This document shows positions 43,924 through 53,915 of a DNA stretch of 64,000 nt, one piece after another. Position numbers and translations under genes: made by a program. The DNA lies in assembly GCA_963744995.1 (NCBI GenBank), contig CAVUWA010000010.1, forward strand, positions 192,001-256,000, written 5' to 3'. The notes under the pieces were generated by a model that was not told the DNA's origin, ran no database searches, and worked only from the letters and a program-made list of their open reading frames with translations. How positions within the stretch are numbered: position 1 is the first letter of the stretch; each line of letters opens with the position of its first letter. Source of the DNA: Candidatus Eiseniibacteriota bacterium. Its GTDB lineage: Bacteria > Eisenbacteria > RBG-16-71-46.

Positions 43924-45600
43924 TCAGCGCGTCACGCCGACGCGCGCATGCGCCTCGGCGCCGCCCGCCACGAGCCTCACGAAATAGAGCCCCGAAGGGA
44001 GTCCGGCCGTTCCGGGAATCGCCGTTTCACCGGCGCCGGGAGCCACGTGCGCGCGGGCGCCCGCCACGCGCCGCCCGGCGATGTCGAACAGATCGAGACG
44101 GGCCGGACCGCCGGCCCCGGTGGAGCACCGCACGCGCACGCCCGCGCCCGGCTGGAACCGCGCCGACTCGATGCCGAACGAGGCCGTCGCGGGCGGAACA
44201 TCCGTCGTCTCGCCCGCCGGGCCGTAGCGCCGCGCGAACAGTCCGACCCGGTCGTACATCTGCGACCAGAACAGCACCGCACCGCCGTCACCCGTCGCCG
44301 CGAGCCCGATGTCGCCATAGATCTGGATGACGGGGTTCGTGTAGGTCTCGCTCCAGTCGGACCAGCCGGCGGGGGCGGGCCCCTGCACCAGCCGCAGATG
44401 CGCGTAGGCCTCGTACATGCTCCAGGGCCCCGAGGGTTTGAACATGGCGATGTAGAGCCCTCCCTCGCCGTTTCCGACCACCCGACTGCGGAGGTGAGGC
44501 TCCGCGCTGGCCAGGGGAACCGCGATGTCCCCCGCATCGGGATATCGCAGGTAGTTCATCTCCGTGATGCCCTCCGAGTAGTAGAACGGCGTCGACACGA
44601 TGGCGGAACCGGCTTCGCCGAAGCGCACGCGCGGCGCGGCCTCGGCGTCATAGACCTCGACCGGGCCGAGCGTCGAGTGGCCCTCCACGGGCCAGCCTGG
44701 CGCCAGCTCGCCCGTGGGCGTCAGTCGCCTGAGCCGCGGATCGAATTGAGTGGTCTCCTGAACGGGTTCGCAGACCAGGAGGTAGGCGCCACCGTTCCCG
44801 TCCCTGGCGACGTCGACCAGGCGCGCCCCCAGGGCCGGAACGGCGCTCAAATAGAACGCCGGGAACGCCACGCCTTCCCCCGGCCAGCCCGATGCCGGCT
44901 GGCCGTCGGGGCCGAGTCGCAGGATGCAGGCGGCGCTCGGAACCACCTGCTCGTCCTGGCTGAGCCTCAGCCACGAGAGGTACGCGCCGCCCGCGTCATC
45001 GGGCGCGAGCGCGGGCCACGTGTCGGCCGACAGGCCATCGGGGGTTCGAACCACATGGGCGCCGTTCGACCAGCCGCCCGCCCCCGAGTTCTCTGGACCC
45101 AGGTGGATCATCAGCACGTCCGTCGACGAGGTCCACGCCGCGAACACGCCGTGCGCGCCGTCACCGATGAGCGCCGGGAACGCGGCCGGCCCGAGGTTCC
45201 TCCCTTGCGCGGGCCACGCTGCCGGCGTCTGCCCCGCTGCATCGAGCCGCGTCAGGTACAGGCTCTGCGATTCACGCCACGAGAGGTAGAGGCCGCCCAA
45301 CCCGTCTGGAAGCAACGCGAGGTTCGTCCGGTCCGCGGCCACGTCGCGTGCGATCGTTCCGCTCGCGGGCCAGGCGGGGTCGAGATCGCCGCTCGGGAGG
45401 AGGTGCTGCACGCGCAGCATGGAACTCTCCTGCCACGCGACGAAGGTGCCGTGATCGCCGTCGTTGCAGGCTTCGACGAGCGGGATCGGCGCGGCCGTCG
45501 AAATCTGGACGGGGTCGCCGTTCCAGCCGGCGCGGGCGGGCGATCCGGCGCAGCACGCCAGCACAACGGCGGCGAGGGCGAAACCAGAGGGCCGGTGCAT
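43924..45600 (-). CDS. Secreted repeat protein with FlgD-Ig/T9SS-like C-terminal domain
   Basis: Signal peptide; repeated 'xxDGxGGxYxxW' and 'GWPxxG' units; C-terminus 'ARLDLFDIAGRRVA...LPSGLYFVRL'. Confidence 0.75.
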   Translation of the reverse strand: MHRPSGFALAAVVLACCAGSPARAGWNGDPVQISTAAPIPLVEACNDGDHGTFVAWQESSMLRVQHLLPSGDLDPAWPASGTIARDVAADRTNLALLPDGLGGLYLSWRESQSLYLTRLDAAGQTPAAWPAQGRNLGPAAFPALIGDGAHGVFAAWTSSTDVLMIHLGPENSGAGGWSNGAHVVRTPDGLSADTWPALAPDDAGGAYLSWLRLSQDEQVVPSAACILRLGPDGQPASGWPGEGVAFPAFYLSAVPALGARLVDVARDGNGGAYLLVCEPVQETTQFDPRLRRLTPTGELAPGWPVEGHSTLGPVEVYDAEAAPRVRFGEAGSAIVSTPFYYSEGITEMNYLRYPDAGDIAVPLASAEPHLRSRVVGNGEGGLYIAMFKPSGPWSMYEAYAHLRLVQGPAPAGWSDWSETYTNPVIQIYGDIGLAATGDGGAVLFWSQMYDRVGLFARRYGPAGETTDVPPATASFGIESARFQPGAGVRVRCSTGAGGPARLDLFDIAGRRVAGARAHVAPGAGETAIPGTAGLPSGLYFVRLVAGGAEAHARVGVTR

Positions 45601-45787
45601 GGGACCTCCTCGAAACGGGCGCGCGCCGCAACAGGATCCAGCGCCGATGGCGTACGGGCGCCGCGGGCTCGCGGGCCCTGCCGCGGCAGGGCCCTCCCAT
45701 GATCGCGCCGTGGCGACGTTCGGGAAAGCGGAAAGTCGCCGGCTGGAGTCGCGCAACGAATGGCGCGGGCCGGCCGCTCCGGCCGCC

Positions 45788-46752
45788 CTAGCTCGGGGCC
45801 TGCGCCTCCATCGCCTTGCCGATCAGCCGCCCCGCGGCCTGGTGCGGGGTGAGGTCGCGCGCGGCCAGGCGGCCGATGACGTCCTTCCAGTAGGCCTCGG
45901 GCACCGCGTTCGAGAACTCCCGCCACAGCGCGTCGCGCAGCAGGTCGCGCAGGCGCTGCTCGAGCCGCTGGCGGCGGCGGCGCTCGAGCCCGCCGCCTTC
46001 CGATGAGGAATGCGCGGTGGCGCTCGAAGCCCTCGATCACGTCCGTCCACGCCGTCGCCCTGCGAGGCGATGGTGAGCAGCACGGGCGGATCCCACTCGC
46101 TCTGCTTCTGGCGCAGCTCGAGCGCGGAGCGCACCGCGAACGCGCCGCGCTCGGCGCCCTCGCGGTCGGCCTTGTTGATCACGAACACGTCGGCGATCTC
46201 CATGAGGCCGGCCTTCATCGCCTGCACGCCGTCGCCCGATTCCGGCACCAGCACCACGGCGGTGCTGTCGGCGGTCTGCGCGACCTCGAGCTCGCTCTGG
46301 CCGACGCCGACGGTCTCGATCAGGATGCGCTCGTAGCCGGCCGCGTCGAGCACGTCGCACACCTGCGCGGTGTGGACCGCGAGCCCGCCCAGGCTGCCGC
46401 GCGTCGCCATCGAGCGGATGAACACTCCGGGGTCGCCGGCGAGTTCGCCCATGCGCACGCGGTCGCCGAGCAGCGCGCCGCCCGAGAACGGGCTGGTCGG
46501 GTCCACGGCCACGATTGCGACGGATTCGCCGCGCGTCCGGTAGCCCTGCGCGAGCCGCGTGACCAGGGTGCTCTTCCCGGCGCCGGGCGGGCCGGTGATG
46601 CCGATCCGGAACGCCGTGCCGCTCTTCTCGAAGCACGCGTCGAGGATCGCGACGGCATCGGGCGCGTCGTTCTCGACGTGCGAGATCGCGCGCGCGAGCG
46701 CGACGCGGTCGCCGCGGAACAGGCCTGCTGGAGCGTGCCGGGAGCGGGCCAA
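45788..46752 (-). CDS. meaB: Acyl-CoA mutase-associated GTPase MeaB (frameshifts near 46001 and 46044)
   Basis: GITGPPGAGKSTL, AVDPTSPFSGGALLGDRVRM, FIRSMATRG, IETVGVGQSE, KAGLMEIAD, INKAD; the C-terminus continues in other frames to TAG at 45788. Confidence 0.9.
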
Positions 46753-46822
46753 GCGGGCGGTGCCTTTCGTGAAAGGACGTCGGAACGCCGCGCCCCGGGC
46801 GGGCGCGGCAGACAGGACGGGC

Positions 46823-46852
46823 AGCCTAAGAGGCTCGCGTGCGGACGGTCAA
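46823..46852 (-). promoter_or_regulatory. Sigma70-type promoter of meaB
   Basis: TTGACC-18 nt-TAGGCT. Confidence 0.55.
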
Positions 46853-46994
46853 GACACGCGCGAGCCTGCACCTGGCTGGTGACGGCCGGCGGCGCCGGTC
46901 ACGCGGGCGCCGACACGGGTCGCCGGCGTTTGGCCGCAGCCCGGTTCCGGGTGCAGAGTGCCCGGGTTCGCTTCCCGGATTCAGGAGGTACGGC

Positions 46995-48065
46995 ATGCCG
47001 GCGTTTGGACCTTCAAGCCCCGCCCGTTCGCGCGTCGCGGTCCTGGCCGCTGCGGCGCTCGCCTTCGTGACCTTCACGGCCGCATGGAGCGCGGACGCTG
47101 ACGATCCGCCCGCGCCGAGCGGGCGCGAGAAGATCCGCACCGAGGCCGAGGCCGTCCGCCCGCTCGCCGAGTCCGCGCTCGGCCGCGCGTTCCTCGACGC
47201 CTGCACCGAGCTGCCGCCGATGAGCCCGCGCAAGGTGTGGTTCAACCGCGAGAAGCGCAGCGCGCTCACGCCCGCCGCCTACGCGGCCCTGCCCGATTCG
47301 GAGAAGGCCGGCTACCAGGAGCTGAACGTCACCGAGGACTGGTACTACCGCCTCTACAGCTCGCCGCTCGCCTACTTGCGCGCGCTCGACTTCGCCGCCG
47401 CCGCCGGGATGAAGCGCGCCGACGGGGCGCGCATCGCCGACTTCGGCTTCGGCAACATGGGACAGGTGCGCGCGCTGGCCTCGATGGGTGCGAGCGTCAC
47501 CGGCATCGAGATCCCCGGCATGCTCGACGCGATGTACCGCATGAGCGATGACCAGGGCCCGATGCCGCGCGCGAACAGCGCCGGCGGGGGCAGGCCCGGG
47601 AACGTACGGCTCGTGTTCGGCCGGTACCCGTCGACCGATGCGATCACGAAAGAGGTCGGCACCGGCTACGACCTGTTCATGTCGAAGAACACGCTCAAGA
47701 AGGGCTACGTGCACCCGGCCCGCGAGACCGATCCGCGCAACCTCGTGCATCTCGGCGTGGACGACTCGACCTACGTGGCACACGTCCACGACGCGTTGAA
47801 GCCCGGCGGCCTGTTCCTGATCTACAACCTGTACGGGCAACAGGCGGCGGCGGACGAGGCTTACAAGCCGTGGGCGACCGGCGAGTGCCCGTTCGACCGC
47901 GGGCTCGTCGAACGGGCCGGCTTCACGATCCTGCGCTGGAACGAAGACGATTCCCAGGCGGCGCGCCGCATGGGCCGTGCGCTCGGCTGGAACGCCAACA
48001 TGGACGACACGACCTTCGTGAAAGAGTTCAACGCGATGGTGACGGTGGCGCGACGCGCGAACTAG
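46995..48065 (+). CDS. Exported hypothetical protein with SAM-methyltransferase-like motifs
   Basis: AGGAGG RBS, signal peptide (VLAAAALAFVTFTAAWSA), IADFGFG, VTGIE, YDLF, ALKPGGLFLIYN. Confidence 0.65.
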   Translation: MPAFGPSSPARSRVAVLAAAALAFVTFTAAWSADADDPPAPSGREKIRTEAEAVRPLAESALGRAFLDACTELPPMSPRKVWFNREKRSALTPAAYAALPDSEKAGYQELNVTEDWYYRLYSSPLAYLRALDFAAAAGMKRADGARIADFGFGNMGQVRALASMGASVTGIEIPGMLDAMYRMSDDQGPMPRANSAGGGRPGNVRLVFGRYPSTDAITKEVGTGYDLFMSKNTLKKGYVHPARETDPRNLVHLGVDDSTYVAHVHDALKPGGLFLIYNLYGQQAAADEAYKPWATGECPFDRGLVERAGFTILRWNEDDSQAARRMGRALGWNANMDDTTFVKEFNAMVTVARRAN

Positions 48066-48174
48066 ACCGGATCGAAAATCCGTCCCGGGACGGATTTCGC
48101 GAGCCGCACCGGGGCGCGTTGGAGGATCCGAAGCCGGCCGCGCGAAGCGACCCTTCGAGGCTGCCGGAGCCGCC

Positions 48175-49515
48175 CTACCCCGCCCGCGCGGCGTCCAGGT
48201 TCACGCCGGCGAGCACGCGCCTGGCGATCTGTTCGGCCGCGTGCGGATGCGCGATCGCCGCCGCCGCCTCGCGGGCCCGGGCGTGCGCATCCCGGTCGGC
48301 GAGCCAGCGGCCGACGCACTCGGCCACGTCGCGCACCGAATCCGCGTGCACGGCCGCCCCTGCCGATTCCAGGTACTCGGCGTTGCGCACTTCCTGGCCC
48401 GGCGTCGGCCGGAACACCACCATCGGGGTGCGCTTGGCAAGCGCCTCCGAGCAGGTCAGCCCGCCGGCCTTGCTGACCACGACATCGCATGCTTCGAGCA
48501 GCACGTCGACGTCCTGCGTGAAGCCGAGTGCGATGACGCGCCCGTCGTGCGCCTCGGGCATCGCTTCGATCTGGGCGAGCCGGCGCCGGTTGGTGCCGCA
48601 CACCACGACGATCTGCGGCTGCAGCGCGAGCCGCGCCAGGGTCCCCGCAAGGTCGGCGAGCGGGCCGACGCCGGCGCCGCCGCCCATCACCAGCACCGCC
48701 GGGCGGCGCGGATCGAGACCGAAGCGCGCGCGGGCCGCGTCGCGGCCGACCGATTGCGCGAAGCGCGGGTCGATCGGGATGCCGCTCACCTCGATGTTCT
48801 CCCGCGGCACGCCATGCTTCGCGAGCTGCGCCTGGACCTGCTCGCTCGCGACGAAGTAGCGGTCCACGTGGGGCAGCGCCCAGATCGGATGCGCGGTGAA
48901 GTCGGTGATCACGACGTAGAGGGGAATCTGCAGCCGCCCGCGGCCACGGATCGGCGACAGTGCTTCGGCCGGCAGGAAGTGCGTGCACACGATCGCGTCG
49001 GGGCGCTCGCGCTCGACCACGCGCACCAGACGCCTCAGGTTCACCCGATCGAGCGCGAGCCGCACCGGCGTCGCGCCCTTGTTGACCGGTGCGGATTCCC
49101 ACGAATGATAGAGCGCGCCCCAGAGCCGCGGCGCGCGCGCCGCCATCGCGTTGTACGACGACGCGTAGGCGCCGCGGTAGAAGCGCGACGCGAACACCAG
49201 CGTGTCGGCCTCGCGCACGACCGCGTGCGGGGAACGTTCCGCGATCGCTGCGGCCAGGGCCTGCGCCGCGCGCTTGTGCCCGGCGCCGGCGGTCGCGTGC
49301 AGGATCGCGATGCGCGGGCCGCCGCCGCCCTCGCCGGCCAGCGTCTCCACCGCCACGACGCCACCGCCCGCGGGCGGGAACATGACCTCGCCCGGCGCGG
49401 TCTCGCGCCACCGCGCCCGCCACCAGCGGCGTTGCGCGCGCATGCGCGCGCGCCAGCGCTGGGTGAGCCGCCTGGGGATCCTGAGGCGGCCGAATCGGGG
49501 GGCTTTGACCATCAT
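48175..49515 (-). CDS. MGDG synthase / UgtP-like diacylglycerol glycosyltransferase (GT28)
   Basis: HATAGAGHKRAA, IVCTHF, VITDF, GIPIDPRF, VMGGGAG, KAGGLTCSEA, PGQEVRNA; start uncertain. Confidence 0.88.
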   Translation of the reverse strand: MMVKAPRFGRLRIPRRLTQRWRARMRAQRRWWRARWRETAPGEVMFPPAGGGVVAVETLAGEGGGGPRIAILHATAGAGHKRAAQALAAAIAERSPHAVVREADTLVFASRFYRGAYASSYNAMAARAPRLWGALYHSWESAPVNKGATPVRLALDRVNLRRLVRVVERERPDAIVCTHFLPAEALSPIRGRGRLQIPLYVVITDFTAHPIWALPHVDRYFVASEQVQAQLAKHGVPRENIEVSGIPIDPRFAQSVGRDAARARFGLDPRRPAVLVMGGGAGVGPLADLAGTLARLALQPQIVVVCGTNRRRLAQIEAMPEAHDGRVIALGFTQDVDVLLEACDVVVSKAGGLTCSEALAKRTPMVVFRPTPGQEVRNAEYLESAGAAVHADSVRDVAECVGRWLADRDAHARAREAAAAIAHPHAAEQIARRVLAGVNLDAARAG

Positions 49516-49563
49516 GGGAATCGTGTCGGCCGCGCCTGCCGCGCGACGCTGTGAATGCGTCTC

Positions 49564-49914
49564 CTATTCGGTCACCGCGTTCCGGACATGCTCCATACGC
49601 AGGCCGGTCGCGCCGGGTTCCACCGTTACCACGTCGATCCTCACGCGGGCGCGGCCCTGCTGCTGCAGCGCCCGCGCCGCGCGCAGCAGCCGCTCGCGCT
49701 TCACGCGATCGACCGCGGCGCCCGCGCCGCCGAAATCCAGACGCCCGCGCGCCTTGACCTCGACCACCAGCCACGTCGCACCGTCGCGGGCGAGGAGGTC
49801 GACCTCGACCCCGCCCATGCGCACGTTGCGTTCGCACACCTCGATGCCTTCGTACGCCAGAAACTCCGCCGCCAGCCGCTCGGCGATCCTGCCTCGCTCC
49901 TGAGCCCGGCCCAT
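49564..49914 (-). CDS. yraN: YraN (UPF0102) family protein
   Basis: GRIAERLAAEFL, RNVR, EVDLLA, VEVKAR, RIDVV. Confidence 0.88.
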   Translation of the reverse strand: MGRAQERGRIAERLAAEFLAYEGIEVCERNVRMGGVEVDLLARDGATWLVVEVKARGRLDFGGAGAAVDRVKRERLLRAARALQQQGRARVRIDVVTVEPGATGLRMEHVRNAVTE

Positions 49915-49993
49915 GCCGAGACCTCGCGGGGGCGGGTGCGGGGGCAGCCGGCAGTCTAGCGGGTGGTGCTCCGGACGGCGAACCCGGTGCCGC

Positions 49994-50623
49994 CTACAGC
50001 GGGAGTTCCTGCACGCACACCGGGCTGAACGAATACCGATGCAGCGGGCACGGGCCGACGCGATCGAGCGCCGCCAGATGCTCCGGGGTTCCGTAGCCCT
50101 TGTGCCTGGCGAAACCGTAGTCGGGCCAGACCCGGTCGAGGCGCGCCATGATGCGGTCGCGCACCACCTTGGCGACGACCGACGCGGCGGCGATGGACAG
50201 CATGGTGGCGTCGCCGTCGATCACCGCTTCCTGCCGTCCGGCGTGGCCCGGAATGAGATCGCGACCGTCCACCAGCACCAGATCGGGCTGCAGGCGCAGG
50301 CCCTGCACGGCCCGCCGCATGGCCTCGAGGCTCGCGCGGCGGATGTTCATGTGGTCGATCGTGCGCGCGCCGACGACCCCCCAGCCGAACGCCCGGGCCT
50401 CCGCGAGGATCCGGGCGTAGAGCGCATCGCGGGTCTTTTCGTCGAGCTTCTTGCTGTCGTCGAGGTCTTCCCAGGCGGCACCGGGTGCGAGCACCACCGC
50501 CGCCGCCACCACCGGGCCCGCCAGCGGACCACGGCCGGCCTCGTCCACGCCGGCCACGATCCGCGCGCCGGCGGCGAATCGCTCTTCGGCTCGCGCGAGC
50601 TTTCGCCACGCCGGTCGGTTCAC
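49994..50623 (-). CDS. rnhB: Ribonuclease HII
   Basis: GVDEAGRGPLAGPV, DDSKKL, IAAASVVAKV.RD, HKGYGT. Confidence 0.95.
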   Translation of the reverse strand: MNRPAWRKLARAEERFAAGARIVAGVDEAGRGPLAGPVVAAAVVLAPGAAWEDLDDSKKLDEKTRDALYARILAEARAFGWGVVGARTIDHMNIRRASLEAMRRAVQGLRLQPDLVLVDGRDLIPGHAGRQEAVIDGDATMLSIAAASVVAKVVRDRIMARLDRVWPDYGFARHKGYGTPEHLAALDRVGPCPLHRYSFSPVCVQELPL

Positions 50624-50686
50624 GACGTCCTGTCGCTCCTCGGTGCAGCGGGTGAATCCGGCGCGGGGCGCGATGCCCCGCGAGGA

Positions 50687-51019
50687 TCAGCGCAAACGCG
50701 CGCGCTTGCCGGTGCGGTCGCGCAGATAGAACAGCTTCGCGCGACGGACCTTCGTGTGGCGCAGCACCTCGATGCTGGCGAGGCTCGGGCTGTGGATCGG
50801 GAACGTCCGCTCCACGCCGATCCCTTCGCTGATCTTGCGCACGGTGAAGGTCTTCTTGATTCCCGAACCGCGCACGTTGATCACGTCACCGCGGAACTTC
50901 TGCTGCCGCTCCTTGTCGCCTTCGACGACGCGCACCGACACCTCGACGGTGTCGCCGGGCGCGAGGTCCGGCAGGTCGCTCTTGAGCTGGGCGGCTTCCA
51001 CCTTGTCGATCAGGCCCAT
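50687..51019 (-). CDS. rplS: 50S ribosomal protein L19
   Basis: [51 protein letters not shown]. Confidence 0.96.
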   Translation of the reverse strand: MGLIDKVEAAQLKSDLPDLAPGDTVEVSVRVVEGDKERQQKFRGDVINVRGSGIKKTFTVRKISEGIGVERTFPIHSPSLASIEVLRHTKVRRAKLFYLRDRTGKRARLR

Positions 51020-51078
51020 GACGGGGCTCCTTTCCATATCCAAATGCCCGGAGACCCGGGTCTGTTTCGCGGCGCGGG

Positions 51079-51107
51079 AGTATAGGGGAAGCGGGGGTGG
51101 AACTCAA
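51079..51107 (-). promoter_or_regulatory. Internal sigma70-type promoter upstream of rplS
   Basis: TTGAGT-17 nt-TATACT between the corrected trmD stop and rplS. Confidence 0.6.
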
Positions 51108-51152
51108 CGGGGGCAGGGCAGGCGCCGGGCCGGGCCGATCCGCGCACGATTT

Positions 51153-51907
51153 TCAGCCCTCCTGCGCGGCTTTCGGCCGTCGCAGCGCCCGCTGCTCCGC
51201 CGGCCGTCAGCTCCGCCCCCTCCAGCAGATCCGGCCGCCGGGCCGCGGTGCGCCGCAGCGCCTGCTCCCTGCGCCACTTCGCGATCGCGGCGTGGTTCCC
51301 GGAGAGCAGCACGTCCGGCGTCTTCCAGCCGCGGTACTCCGCGGGCCGCGTGTAGTACGGCGCGTCCAGCACACCCGAATGGAACGAGTCGCTCTCCACC
51401 GAGTCGAAGTCGCCCACCACGTCCGGCAGCAGGCGCGCCACCGCATCGACCACGCACAGGGCCGCAGGCTCGCCGCCCGAGATCACGAAGTCGCCGATCG
51501 AGAGCTCGCCGTCCACCAGGTGTTCGGCCACCCGCTCGTCCACGGCCTTGTAGCGACCGCACAGCAGCACCAGGTGCTCCAGCGTCTTCGAGCTCGAGCG
51601 CCGTCCGCTGCGTGAAGGTTTCGCCCTGCGGCGAAAGCAGCAGGACGCGCGTCCCCGCCGGGCGCGCCTCCTTCGTCCCCACGTTCAGGGACCGGAGTGC
51701 ACGGTCGATGGGCTCGATCTTCATCACCATCCCGGCGCCGCCGCCGAACGGGCTGTCGTCGGTGGTGCGGTGGGAGTCGCTGGTGAAGTCGCGCAGGTTC
51801 ACCACGTCGACGTCCAGCCGGCCCTTCTCGCGCGCGGCGCGGATCATGCCCTCGGCGAACGCCGCCGGGAACATGTCGGGGAAGATCGTGAGCAGGGTAA
51901 TTCGCAA
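51153..51907 (-). CDS. trmD: tRNA (guanine37-N1)-methyltransferase (apparent frameshifts near 51588 and 51200)
   Basis: [26 protein letters not shown], then [35 protein letters not shown] in another frame. Confidence 0.9.
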
Positions 51908-51975
51908 GTGCGTGTCCTCGGAGCGGTGCGGTCGGTGCAGGCGTGATGGGCGCGCCGCGCCGCCGCGCCGGAATC

Positions 51976-52515
51976 CTAGATTTCTTCGAGTCCCGCCGGT
52001 GGATCCACCGTCACGACCCCGGCGGCGACGTCCACCTCCAGCACGAACGGCTCGGTCGCGGGGATCAGCCACTCGCGCTCGCCGCGCACGACGTAGATCG
52101 GGTGCGCGCCCGAAGGCAGGATTTCGGCGATCCTGCCGAGCGAACGCCCGTCGCGGGTCTTCACCTCGAGCCCCACGAGCTGGAACGCGTAGACCTGCCC
52201 CGGACCCGCGTCGGGCAGCCGGTCGCGTTCCACCCACAGCTCGCCGTTGGTGAGTTCCGCCGCCGCATCACGCGAGGCCGCCTCGCCAAAGCGGATCTGC
52301 AGCTTCGCCATGAACGCTTTCGCAGCGCGGACCGTGAGCGTTCGCGTCTCGCCCTTCGCGCCGCGCCAGGTCACCGTGGCGAGCGCGGTCAGCTCGTCGG
52401 CGCTCAGCGAGCAGCCGTCGAGGAGCAGGTCGCCCTTCAGACCGTGCGGGCGGCCAAGGCGTCCGATCACGGCCTGCGCGTCGGCGTCAGTCGGCGATTT
52501 CGAGTCCGGCGTCAC
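51976..52515 (-). CDS. rimM: Ribosome maturation factor RimM
   Basis: IGRLGRPHGLKG, LVGLEV, GAHPIYVV, LIP; between khpA and trmD. Confidence 0.9.
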   Translation of the reverse strand: MTPDSKSPTDADAQAVIGRLGRPHGLKGDLLLDGCSLSADELTALATVTWRGAKGETRTLTVRAAKAFMAKLQIRFGEAASRDAAAELTNGELWVERDRLPDAGPGQVYAFQLVGLEVKTRDGRSLGRIAEILPSGAHPIYVVRGEREWLIPATEPFVLEVDVAAGVVTVDPPAGLEEI

Positions 52516-52759
52516 GATCGATTCGCGCCGCGGCCGCCGAGAGCGTGAGACGCATCGAGCGCGCCGTGCGGCCCTGCTTGCCGATCACGTGGCCGATGTC
52601 GTCCGGGTGCACGCTGAGCTCGAAGCTCGCGTCACGGCCCGCGCGCAGGATCTCGACTTCGACGTCCTCGGGATGGTCGACGAGGCCCTTCGCCATGAAC
52701 GCCACGAGTTCGCGCAGCTTCTCGTCCTCGGTGTCCGGCTCGGCCGACGCGCGGCTCAG
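52487..52759 (-). CDS. khpA: KH-domain RNA-binding protein KhpA
   Basis: LRELVAFMAKGLVDHPEDV, VHPDDIGHVIGKQGRTA; start uncertain because the track ATG 52951 lies inside the upstream gene. Confidence 0.88.
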   Translation of the reverse strand: MSRASAEPDTEDEKLRELVAFMAKGLVDHPEDVEVEILRAGRDASFELSVHPDDIGHVIGKQGRTARSMRLTLSAAAARIDRDAGLEIAD

Positions 52760-53790
52760 GGGCGGGGGTGCGGGTCGTGCGGAAGGCTCGGCTCGGATGA
52801 TAGTCGCAGCCCCGTCCACAGGAAGAGGACCGTCCACAGGCCCGACAACAGGAGCGTCGGCATCGCCCGATTGAGGCTTAGGACCACGAGACCGCTTGCG
52901 CAGAGGGCGGCCCCACTTACCCACATCAGGATCACGGTTGTCTTCTGACATTTCAGGAGTCTCGCTATGCGGTGGTTGCTGTGGTCCTTGCCGCCGACGT
53001 ACACCTTGCGCCCCTCGCGCAGGCGGTTCACGACCACGAAGATCAAATCGAATGCCGGATAGGCGAGGATCAGCAGGGGACCCGCCCAGCTCCAGCCCCG
53101 GGGAATGGCGCCCAGCGCCAGAACGGCGGACGCGCCCAGACTATAGCCCAGAAACAGACTTCCCGCGTCACCCAGGAATACCCGGGCGTCCGGGAAATTG
53201 TAGCGAAGGAATCCCACACAGGCGCCGCTCACCGCAAGCTGCGCGGCCGCAAGGCCCAGCGCGCCGCGCGCCGCCGAGTGCACGCCGAACCCGATCAGCG
53301 CGATCGCCGCGATTCCGGCGACCATCCCGTTCATGTTGTCGAGGAAGTTGACCGCATTCATCAGAGCGATCATGCCCACGACCGTGAGCGCGCCGTCCCA
53401 CGGGAAGCCGAGACCGGCCGCAGGGACGGCGCCCGAGGCGAGCACGATCCCCGCGGCCAGCGCCTGACCGGCGAGTTTCACCACCGGGTTCATGCCGAAG
53501 CGGTCGTCCCAGAGGCCGAGCCCGAGCGCCAGCATCGCACCGGTGATCAGGTAGGTCGCCTCGGAGTCGGGCGGCCGCCCGAGGTAGACGTGCGCCGAGA
53601 GCCAGATGGCGAGCGCCGCCGCGAAGACGCAGGCGCCGCCCAGAAGCGCCGTGGCGGAGGTGTGGAGCTTGCGGGCTTCGGGATGGTCCAGGTAGCCCGT
53701 CACCCAGGCGAGCCGGATGCCCAGCGGGGTGATGAGCAGCGCGAGCCCGGCGGCGGCCACGAACGTGATCGCGAGAACGGCCAGATCCAT
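52756..53790 (-). CDS. MraY/WecA/TagO-family polyprenyl-phosphate sugar-1-phosphate transferase
   Basis: LDHPEARKLH, GLWDD, NAVNFLDNMNG, NFPDARVFLGDAGS, DHSNHR; multiple TMs. Confidence 0.88.
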   Translation of the reverse strand: MDLAVLAITFVAAAGLALLITPLGIRLAWVTGYLDHPEARKLHTSATALLGGACVFAAALAIWLSAHVYLGRPPDSEATYLITGAMLALGLGLWDDRFGMNPVVKLAGQALAAGIVLASGAVPAAGLGFPWDGALTVVGMIALMNAVNFLDNMNGMVAGIAAIALIGFGVHSAARGALGLAAAQLAVSGACVGFLRYNFPDARVFLGDAGSLFLGYSLGASAVLALGAIPRGWSWAGPLLILAYPAFDLIFVVVNRLREGRKVYVGGKDHSNHRIARLLKCQKTTVILMWVSGAALCASGLVVLSLNRAMPTLLLSGLWTVLFLWTGLRLSSEPSLPHDPHPRP

Positions 53791-53915
53791 CCGCTCAGGC
53801 CATCACGGGAAGCCCGGGTTGCGCACGCGCGCCCCGCCAGGCGTGTCGCCCGTGCGGGCCGCTCGGTCGAAGGGTCCCCGTCGCGTCCCCGGCTGTGCTG
53901 GCCTTCAATCGCGCC

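Noticed and set aside
51153..51907. trmD as a pseudogene or programmed frameshift
   Set aside because: All motifs are intact, there is no slippery sequence, the gene is normally essential and the same error pattern occurs elsewhere.
52812..52840. Direct repeat CCGTCCACAGG resembling DnaA boxes
   Set aside because: The 18-nt spacing reflects the repeated peptide LWT in the coding frame; there are several mismatches to consensus and no oriC context.
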